DNA of 64,000 nucleotides, from positions 2,416,552-2,480,551 of the forward strand of contig OZ220749.1 of the NCBI GenBank assembly GCA_965117045.1, read 5' to 3'. The stretch comes from a bacterium (GTDB lineage: Bacteria; JAAXHH01). Below are positions 47,573 to 55,372 of this stretch, piece after piece. The position numbers were made by a program, and so were the translations under genes. The notes beneath the pieces were generated by a model. That model was not told the DNA's origin. It worked only from the letters and a program-made list of their open reading frames with translations, and ran no database searches. Every line of letters starts with the position of its first letter. Position 1 is the stretch's first letter.

Positions 47573-49621
47573 TCAGAACAGGATCTGGGACGTGGACTTG
47601 GCGATCAGCACCAGGGAGACGGCCGCCATGCCGATCAGCCCCAGGCCGCATCCGTATCCGGCCAGGATAACAGGTGCATAGGCCCGCCACCTTTTTTCTC
47701 CGTAGCGCCGTCCGAAATAGAACCTTCCCAGCATGGCGCCGATGAACGTGGGCAGCGTGTAGTGTATCCAGGCGCCGGTGCCCAGTCCCGCGACCAGACC
47801 GTAGAAGAGCAGCGGCGGGGCCTTGAGCAGGCTCAGGACCCCGTAGAGGGCCACCGTGAACCCCATCCCGGCGCCGATGTACTCCCACTTTATGAGTTGC
47901 CCGATCACATCCGATCCGCCCGGAAGGGTCGACTTGATCCAGATCGTTTCCATCGTCGCCTGCAGCGGCCACATCTTTTCTACGAAGGGATAGGCCGCGG
48001 ACGGTATGGGCGCCAGTTTCCAGATCAGGGCGTAGAACAGGAAACTGAATACGATGAGCAGCAACAGGCTCAATATATACAGTTTGACCAGGCTTGGAAA
48101 TCGCGTTCGGGTGAGTTCAAGCTGCCGGAAGGTCGCAACCACGCCGCTGTGATCGAAGAGCGGAACCGGCGCGAACCAGATGGCCACGCCCTTGTAGCCC
48201 GACAGGTAGAAGGACCCCTCTCGCGCGTAGGGGAAGGACGATCCGTAGGGCGAGCCCGTGAGGCCGATCATGCGCGCGCCGATGTAGGAGAAGAAGGGCG
48301 TCCACAGGAACCCGAATACCACGGAGATCCATACCGGGAACGAGGGTTCCAGGTAGTAGACCAGGAGGATGAAGCACACGGTCGAAACCGCCCAGAGCGC
48401 GATGGGAATGGGCAGCCTGAAATCGCCCCGGTCCGGCGGCGGCCGGCGGGGTCCCTGGCCTCCGGATGCGCCGTCCGGGTCTCGCCTCAGGGCGCGGGCG
48501 AAGGCGACCAGGCCGATCAGGCCGATGACCAGCGAAGTGCCGATCGAGGAGAAACTCAGCCAGAAATCGATGGTATTGTTGATGGAGGTGGGGATGGTGC
48601 TCATCCCCGGCGCCCAGCTGTGCAACAGGCCGAAGTGGTAGAGGGCCGGGTTGGCGATAAAGGTGACGACGAAGGAACTGATGAAGGTGCCGACCACGAT
48701 CCAGAAGGGAAGGACGAAACCCACCAGGAGCGTGGCCATGTCCGTGCCGATGCCGATGGGCGACGCGGGCAGCACGTCCCGTACCCGAGGCGTGAAGTCC
48801 GCGAAGGGAATGGGGAAGACCTCGACGCCCTTGGTCAGCACCACGCCCGATACCGTCGGGACGACCACGTAGAGTATGCCCCAGCCCAGGCCGATCATCG
48901 CGCCGACGGTAAACAGGCGCCATCGCCAGGTCTCCTCGCCCGCCGACGATTCCGCCAGCGCGGTGGCGCCGGCCGCCTGTACGGGCGCCAGGGGAAAGGG
49001 CAGGCGCTCGGTGTCGGCTGTGATCCGGAAGAGCACGTAGCCCAGGGAAAGGGCGTTGACCAGGCCGAGGATAGACACGAGGACGGCCAGGAGAATGGGT
49101 TCCAGCCACTCCATGGAGAAGAGGGTCCGAGTAATCAGCGAATCGGAACCCCGGGGCAGCGACACCCACTGCGGAAGCAGCTGGGCCAGGCCGTCCGCCT
49201 GGGGGGACTGGATCAGGTACTGGAACCAGATCATCTTGGCGAAAGGCGCGCCGTGCACCGACGATCCGGCGGCCATGCCGCTGGCGCCCAGTCCCGTTGC
49301 CGCCAGACCGGCGGCGAGCCAGTAGAGGATGATGGCTTCCTGGGGCTTCAGCTTGATGAACAGGCGCTTCCCGATCTCGATGAACATGATGATGGTGACC
49401 CATTCCGCGGCGCCCGCGAAACTCTTTCCGGTCACCAGTTCCAGGTAGATCGCCCCCGGAAGCATGACCAGCCCGACGAAGAAGGCGGCCCAGATGATCC
49501 GGCTGCTGAACCCGTCCTCGTAGGGCAGGCTGTCCGGAACGATCTGCCACCGGTCGTCCTGTTCGGCGGCCGCCGCGTCCTGGTCCCGCGGTTCCTGCTG
49601 TTCACGCCTGGTGTCACTCAT
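47573..49621 (-). CDS. large polytopic membrane protein of unknown function (paralog B)
   Basis: 682 aa, at least 14 hydrophobic segments. Shares blocks with the 715-aa protein (G.GAPF...P..W; YIG.R.IG..G.PY). Charged N-terminal tail. Confidence 0.55.
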   Translation of the reverse strand: MSDTRREQQEPRDQDAAAAEQDDRWQIVPDSLPYEDGFSSRIIWAAFFVGLVMLPGAIYLELVTGKSFAGAAEWVTIIMFIEIGKRLFIKLKPQEAIILYWLAAGLAATGLGASGMAAGSSVHGAPFAKMIWFQYLIQSPQADGLAQLLPQWVSLPRGSDSLITRTLFSMEWLEPILLAVLVSILGLVNALSLGYVLFRITADTERLPFPLAPVQAAGATALAESSAGEETWRWRLFTVGAMIGLGWGILYVVVPTVSGVVLTKGVEVFPIPFADFTPRVRDVLPASPIGIGTDMATLLVGFVLPFWIVVGTFISSFVVTFIANPALYHFGLLHSWAPGMSTIPTSINNTIDFWLSFSSIGTSLVIGLIGLVAFARALRRDPDGASGGQGPRRPPPDRGDFRLPIPIALWAVSTVCFILLVYYLEPSFPVWISVVFGFLWTPFFSYIGARMIGLTGSPYGSSFPYAREGSFYLSGYKGVAIWFAPVPLFDHSGVVATFRQLELTRTRFPSLVKLYILSLLLLIVFSFLFYALIWKLAPIPSAAYPFVEKMWPLQATMETIWIKSTLPGGSDVIGQLIKWEYIGAGMGFTVALYGVLSLLKAPPLLFYGLVAGLGTGAWIHYTLPTFIGAMLGRFYFGRRYGEKRWRAYAPVILAGYGCGLGLIGMAAVSLVLIAKSTSQILF

Positions 49622-49625
49622 CCGC

Positions 49626-50783
49626 TTATTCGGTCCTTACGTAGTCGCCCGCCTTGTCCCAGTCCGGCCGCGACAGGCCGTTCAGGTCCCAGACCACCTC
49701 GCCGGCCCGCACCGTCAGCAGGCACCTCAGCCGCCGGTCGCCGCGCATGCGCGCATGGCCCGAGTCCACGAAACCGAATTCTCCGTATTCCAGCTCCAGC
49801 ACGGCGACGTCCGCCTCCGCGCCGATGCTCAGCGTACCCAGTTCCGGGCGCCGGATGGCGCGGGCGGGATTGCGCGTGGAGCGCATGACCACGTCCTCCA
49901 GCGTCATTCCCATGTTCAGGCATTTGGACATGGTCGTGTTCATGCTCGCGTTCGGTATCAGGGCGCTGTACTTGTGGAGGTCCGTGCTGATGGTATCCGG
50001 CAGGAACCCCTGCTCGATGGCCGGCACGGCGATGCGGAACCAGAAGCTGCCGCCGCCGTGGCCCAGGTCGAACAGGATGCCCTTGTCCCGCGCCTCCCGG
50101 ACGTAGTCGTTCACCCGGCCGTGCCCGTCCAGCAGGGGGATGTGCTGCGCGTAGAGGTGCGTATGAATGTCGCCGGGACTCAGCTTCTTCAGCAGCAGGT
50201 CCCGGTAGCTGCGGGTCGGCTTCGGCGCGAAATCGATCATGGCGATGGTGCCGCTCCGCCGGGCCGCCTCGACGGCGCCGTCCACCGCCTCCCATCCCGG
50301 TCCCCCGAAATGGGCGGTCTTGGACCCGACGACGTGTTCCGGGTACCTGCTGATCATGTCCGCGCAGGGTACCGGGTCCATCTCCGAGACGTCCTGCTCC
50401 ACGGCGCCTTCCATGCCGGCGCCCACGATGTTGATCAGCGCCAGCACGCGGGTAATGGACTCGGCGATGACCGTGTCCTTGAAGTCTTCGAACTTCTTCC
50501 ACCCCGCGCCCCCCGTATCCAGCACCGTGGTCACCCCGTTGGGGAGCACATGGGCGTCGGGGAAAACCCACCCCCGGTATCCACCGTAAGCGTGCATGTG
50601 GATGTCGATCAGCCCGGGCGTGACGTAATGGCCGTGGACGCGGGCGACCTTCCGGCCGTGCTCCGCCGGGATGTCGTGCTCCACCGCCGCGATCAGGCCG
50701 TTGTCGACGGCTACGTCCCGGCTTCCGCTGATGCCGTTCTCGGGATCGATGACGTGGCCGCCCTTGATGATCAGATCGTACAT
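49626..50783 (-). CDS. amidohydrolase-family metallohydrolase (D-aminoacylase / dihydroorotase-like)
   Basis: HxH metal motif DIHMHAYGG. Additional His/Asp ligands (HTHLY..., DLGHGGG). 385 aa. Confidence 0.7.
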   Translation of the reverse strand: MYDLIIKGGHVIDPENGISGSRDVAVDNGLIAAVEHDIPAEHGRKVARVHGHYVTPGLIDIHMHAYGGYRGWVFPDAHVLPNGVTTVLDTGGAGWKKFEDFKDTVIAESITRVLALINIVGAGMEGAVEQDVSEMDPVPCADMISRYPEHVVGSKTAHFGGPGWEAVDGAVEAARRSGTIAMIDFAPKPTRSYRDLLLKKLSPGDIHTHLYAQHIPLLDGHGRVNDYVREARDKGILFDLGHGGGSFWFRIAVPAIEQGFLPDTISTDLHKYSALIPNASMNTTMSKCLNMGMTLEDVVMRSTRNPARAIRRPELGTLSIGAEADVAVLELEYGEFGFVDSGHARMRGDRRLRCLLTVRAGEVVWDLNGLSRPDWDKAGDYVRTE

Positions 50784-50802
50784 CGCCGCTCCTCTCCTCC
50801 GA

Positions 50803-53800
50803 TTACAGGGCCGTGTGACGATCGAAAGCCCTGACGTCCCGGTACCGCGCCTTTATGGGCTCGGCAATGGTCCGCCACACGAGAAACCGCTTCCTCAGTA
50901 CGGTAAAGAACCGCCGATTGATCGTCTGCCACTGCGCCAGGTCGCCGCTGCGTCGGTGGATCACGATCAGGATGCGGTACAGTCTCTCGTGAAGCACGGG
51001 TTCCAGTTCAAGCCGCACGTCCTGGCTGATGGCGAGGTCATAGGGCGCCAGCCAGACGGTGGACGCCACGTGATACGTGTCGAAGGTATCCCCCGGTATC
51101 GCGTCGAGCGTGGTTCCCTCCGCGACGAAGTCCTCCGCCGAACTGTCTTCATGCGTCTGGAAGATGTGGTTCAGGTAACCCGACAGCGGCAACGCTTCGG
51201 GGACGGTCACCGTGAAGGGAAACTCGAAGCACCAGTCGTCTTCGTCGGGCGGCGGGGGCGACCAGCGACGCGTCACGTCCTCTACCGTCATGTCCGCGGC
51301 CTTCTTTGCCGGGTAGAGGGTGGACAGGAAGACGATGGCCATGACGACCACCGTGGCGTACACGGTCGACAGGGAGGAATAGTTGAGCGACATGCCGCCC
51401 AGCAGGTCGAATTGCGAGAGTCCCATGGTGATGATCTGGCCGGCCAGGTAACCGAAGACGGCCCCGAGGGTCGCGAACACGGCGGCTTCGGCGATGAACA
51501 GGGCGGCGACGTGGTTCGGCGCCAGGCCGACCGCGCTGTAGACGCCGATTTCCCGGAACCGTTCGAACACGGCGCCCATCATGGTGTTCAACACCAGGAA
51601 CGCCGCGATGAGCACCGGGATGATCAGGTTGGCCAGGCCCGAAACCGAAGTGGCGCCCAGGGAGCTGTAAACCCTTACCTCGTCTTCCAAGCCGACGAAC
51701 ACGGCCAGGAGGACCCGCGACATGAAGGCCTCCACGGAGTCGCGGAGCTCTTCGCCGCCGTCGAAGCCCGCGATCGCCACGGACCGCGTGGACCCGTTCA
51801 GGTCGAGCGTCTGCCGGTAGGGCAGGACCAGCACGTTGCGGGACGGCAGGTGCTCGGAGGCCTGGATGGTGGACATGAACACCTCCACGTCCATTTCGGT
51901 CAACGAGCGCGTTATCGAGAAGCTGGCGGGCATGATGCTTTCGTCGTCCATGTCCCGGTAGGCGTCGAATCCATCGGAATCGAGCAGTCCGATCACGGTA
52001 TAGCGTCCACCGAGGATCTCCACCTCCGCCGTACCCACGTCCTCCGGTCCCACGTCCAACCGTTCGGCCAGTTCCGTGGGCAGCAGGCAGGCCGCCCTTT
52101 CGTCCGGGGCGAACCACCGTCCGCCCGGCACCAGGTAGCGGTCCAGACCGGTGACGGCCGGTTCGTCGGCGTGCAGTCCCAGGATGGACTGTACCGTGCT
52201 GGCGGTCCCCTTGCCCGGCGCGCGCAGATCGATGTAGGGACTGGTCATGTCCTCCGGCTCGTACCAGGACCGGGGCACCACGTCCGCCTGGTCTTCGAAG
52301 GCGTTTTCCACGTAGGGCAGGAAGGACGTGGGCAGGGAGTGCCACGACAGGCTGCGCATGAGGACGCCGTCGTACGGCGGGGTGTTCTCACGGTCCAGCG
52401 TATAGAACTGGATGCCGGTCCGAAAGGAAGTGAAGGACAGTACGGTGAAGGTCAGCAGGGTCAGCGTGACCGCCGTCAACGCCGTGCGCATCTTCCGCTT
52501 GCGCAGGTTCGATATGCCCAGGGAAATGGCCACCGCCGTGGCGCTCAGCCGGCCGATGTCCGCCTCGTGGAGGCCGGCCGCCGACCGGGTCAGGTTCTTC
52601 ATTTCGGTGTCGAACCGGGTGACGATCATGGTGATGATGATCAGCGCCATGGCCAGGATGATGAAGGCGAGAAAGACCATGTACGGCGTCAGGCTGAGCT
52701 GAAAGGCGGGGTGCACGTTCTGCAGCAGCATGAAGACCGCCGCGAAGATGACGCCCACCGAGGCCAGCCGCTTCCGAATGTCTGTGAAACCGAAGAACAG
52801 CCGTTCGAGGAAGAAACAGAAGGGGACGAGCAGCATGAAGTAGAACACGATGCCGTCCACCGTGTCGTCCGCGGCGTACCGCACGTCGGGATAGGCCCGC
52901 GCCTCGTAGCCCCACGCCTCCCTCGACTGTGCGGCGAAGGCGTCGTACCGGCGGTTCTCCAGGGCTTCCCGGGCGGCTCGAAGCGCCCGGGTGCTTTCCT
53001 CGTGCAGCTCGGCGGCCCGGGCGTTGGTCACGCCGTGGTCCTCCAGTTTCATCAGGCGGGCCCGGTTGAGCGACCACAGGTCCAGGGCGCTCTGGTAGAA
53101 GGGGTAGAGGATCAGGCCCTGGTCTGCCGTGAATCCGCGTCCCTGGGCGAGGGCCATGGCGTCGTCCGAGATACTTTCCGGCGGATCGTCGAGCCACGAT
53201 TCGGGCGTGTTGGTCAGCAGGTACTTGACGCCCCGGGGACCGGAGCTCATGAACATCTTGACCCGGTCCTCGGCCCGGGCGAAGACCACCGCGGCGTTGG
53301 TCATCCAGTTGCCGAAGAAACTCTGATCCTCCACGAAGGCCGCGCCGTACTTGCGCAGCGGACTGTTGTCCCGGCCGAGTACGGTCAGGTTGTCGAGGGC
53401 GACGAAGACGCCGGGGTCCACGATGTCGAAGAGGTTGATCTCCTCGCAGGGGAAGAGGACCTGGATGGTATTGTTCACCTTGGAAGAATTCGGCACCGCG
53501 AGGGGAAAGGTGGCGTTGCCCTCTTCACCCAGGTCCGGGGCGTACACGATCCGGCCGTCGACGCCCAGGCCGTAGCTGCGCAGTTCCGTCGGTCCCCGGG
53601 GGAACCGGACCATGGAATGCCTGAAGTGCCCCAGCGAGTCGGCGTGGGTAACCATGAACCCCCGCACGCCGCTGTGGCTCTGGTATCCGGGCTCGTAGAC
53701 GACCAGGGCATCGGACACCGGGGTATTGGGCTTGAAGAAATCCACCGTGCGGTCGAATTCGAGGACCCGGCCCTCGATGTCGCGGCCCTCGTCCTTGAGC

Positions 53801-55371
53801 CGTATCGACTCGTCCACGTCGAAGGCTTCGGGATCGGACAGCATGGCGGGAAGCAAGGTGCCGAGCGTCCGGATCTGCCGGACCAGGTTGGGGAAATCGA
53901 CATACTCGATCCGGTCCTTCGGGGTATCGATGAGGAGCCGGTTGTCGTTCACCGTGGCGAAGGTCATGCCGTGGAGTCCGGCGAGCGTGACCATCTCGTG
54001 GTCGAAGGCGGGCCCCGCGGGCATGAAGCTCTCCTGCGACCGGAGCGGGTGCGTCAGCGTGTTGAGGTAGGCCGTCCGGCTGTCCACTTCATCGTGGACC
54101 CCGGCCTTGCGCGCGTAATTCAGGTACCGGTCCGCGTAGGGTTCGAACAGGATATCCAGATTCGAGGTGAAGAAGATGAAATCGCCGTAGCTGAACAGGC
54201 CGACCTGATCCGCCCTGCTGGTCAGGTCCAGGCCCAGGAAGAGCGTGAAGGGTATCCGGTCTTCTTCAGATATCCGCTCCAGGAAGAACTCGTCCTTCCG
54301 CTGGTGCCGGTCCAGGAAGTCGTTTACGCCCTGCAGCCCGTGGAAATGGGCGGACGTGGCCAGGAACAGCACGGTGTATCCCGGCGGATGGGCCCGGAGC
54401 ACGTCCATCAGCTCCAGCATGGCGGCGATGCCCCCCGCGCCCTCGGCGCCCGGCGCCAGTCCCGGTACGACCGACATGGCGTCGTAGAACGCCGACAGCA
54501 CGACGGTCCGGTCTTTCCATTTCTCCGTGCCGTCGCCCCCCGGCAGCGGTTCGTCCCGGCCCGGTATCCACCCCATGACGTTCCAGGTCTCGGCCCGCTC
54601 CCAGGTCATGCGTCCCCGGATCGTCACTTCGACCTCGCCGGACCGCGCGGCCGCCAGGACCGCGGCGGCATGCGGGTCCGGGACCCAGAAGCGCGGCACG
54701 TCGGCGGGCACGTCCAGGATCTTGCGCTGGGCCTGGTTGTTGGTTACCGCGCCGGGGCCGTTGTCGTAGAACAGGACAGCCTGCGCGCCGAGCATACGCG
54801 CGTTGAGATACTGGTCGCGCCCGTCGAAATCGACCAGGACGATGCTGCCCTCGATCTCCTTCCCGTTGAAGGCCTGGAACTCGCCCTGCCGGCCGTAGTG
54901 CAGGGGGCCCCGGATCCCGTCCGGAAAGGAGTTCAGCCGGACCAGGTTGGGCCAGAACTGGTACACCGGTATCTCGGTCTCCACGGAGTCGTGCACGGTC
55001 AACGTGAAACCGTGGTCGACGGGCGAGGATACGGTAAAGGTGTCGACGGCGACCTCGGTCAGGCCGCCGGCATGGAAGGCATCGACCACGTATTCCATGG
55101 CCGCCCGGTTTCCGGGATAGCCGACGACGCGCGACGGGTTTTCGCTCATCGCCCGGACATGGGCCTCCACGCGTTCCGGGGTGACGATTTCGGATACCTC
55201 TTCCCAGGACACCGGCGCCTCCTCGAGGGGCCTGGGCGGCACGTCCTCGGGAAGGGATACGATCCTCAGGATCACGTGTTCCGTCACCCAGGCCGGCCCG
55301 GCCACGGCCACGGCGAGGAACAACAGGACGCCCACGGCGAGGAAGAAGGTTCCGAATATCCGCGAATACAC
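50803..55371 (-). CDS. giant fusion protein: TM + PA/M28-peptidase-like ectodomain + complete MacB/FtsX-type permease + C-terminal domain
   Basis: GTG start. N-terminal TM. PA-domain-like GSIVLVDFDGRDQYLNARMLGAQAVLFYD. M28-like block YDAMSVVPGLAPGAEGAGGIAAMLEL. Multi-TM linker. MacB-like TM1 (RKRKMRTALTAVTLTLLTFTVLSF) then a roughly 300-aa periplasmic domain. FtsX 3-TM bundle (NTMMGAVFERFREIGVYSAVGL...). Roughly 200-aa cytoplasmic tail. Continuous 1522-codon ORF. Confidence 0.7.
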   Translation of the reverse strand: MYSRIFGTFFLAVGVLLFLAVAVAGPAWVTEHVILRIVSLPEDVPPRPLEEAPVSWEEVSEIVTPERVEAHVRAMSENPSRVVGYPGNRAAMEYVVDAFHAGGLTEVAVDTFTVSSPVDHGFTLTVHDSVETEIPVYQFWPNLVRLNSFPDGIRGPLHYGRQGEFQAFNGKEIEGSIVLVDFDGRDQYLNARMLGAQAVLFYDNGPGAVTNNQAQRKILDVPADVPRFWVPDPHAAAVLAAARSGEVEVTIRGRMTWERAETWNVMGWIPGRDEPLPGGDGTEKWKDRTVVLSAFYDAMSVVPGLAPGAEGAGGIAAMLELMDVLRAHPPGYTVLFLATSAHFHGLQGVNDFLDRHQRKDEFFLERISEEDRIPFTLFLGLDLTSRADQVGLFSYGDFIFFTSNLDILFEPYADRYLNYARKAGVHDEVDSRTAYLNTLTHPLRSQESFMPAGPAFDHEMVTLAGLHGMTFATVNDNRLLIDTPKDRIEYVDFPNLVRQIRTLGTLLPAMLSDPEAFDVDESIRLKDEGRDIEGRVLEFDRTVDFFKPNTPVSDALVVYEPGYQSHSGVRGFMVTHADSLGHFRHSMVRFPRGPTELRSYGLGVDGRIVYAPDLGEEGNATFPLAVPNSSKVNNTIQVLFPCEEINLFDIVDPGVFVALDNLTVLGRDNSPLRKYGAAFVEDQSFFGNWMTNAAVVFARAEDRVKMFMSSGPRGVKYLLTNTPESWLDDPPESISDDAMALAQGRGFTADQGLILYPFYQSALDLWSLNRARLMKLEDHGVTNARAAELHEESTRALRAAREALENRRYDAFAAQSREAWGYEARAYPDVRYAADDTVDGIVFYFMLLVPFCFFLERLFFGFTDIRKRLASVGVIFAAVFMLLQNVHPAFQLSLTPYMVFLAFIILAMALIIITMIVTRFDTEMKNLTRSAAGLHEADIGRLSATAVAISLGISNLRKRKMRTALTAVTLTLLTFTVLSFTSFRTGIQFYTLDRENTPPYDGVLMRSLSWHSLPTSFLPYVENAFEDQADVVPRSWYEPEDMTSPYIDLRAPGKGTASTVQSILGLHADEPAVTGLDRYLVPGGRWFAPDERAACLLPTELAERLDVGPEDVGTAEVEILGGRYTVIGLLDSDGFDAYRDMDDESIMPASFSITRSLTEMDVEVFMSTIQASEHLPSRNVLVLPYRQTLDLNGSTRSVAIAGFDGGEELRDSVEAFMSRVLLAVFVGLEDEVRVYSSLGATSVSGLANLIIPVLIAAFLVLNTMMGAVFERFREIGVYSAVGLAPNHVAALFIAEAAVFATLGAVFGYLAGQIITMGLSQFDLLGGMSLNYSSLSTVYATVVVMAIVFLSTLYPAKKAADMTVEDVTRRWSPPPPDEDDWCFEFPFTVTVPEALPLSGYLNHIFQTHEDSSAEDFVAEGTTLDAIPGDTFDTYHVASTVWLAPYDLAISQDVRLELEPVLHERLYRILIVIHRRSGDLAQWQTINRRFFTVLRKRFLVWRTIAEPIKARYRDVRAFDRHTAL

Positions 55372-55372
55372 G

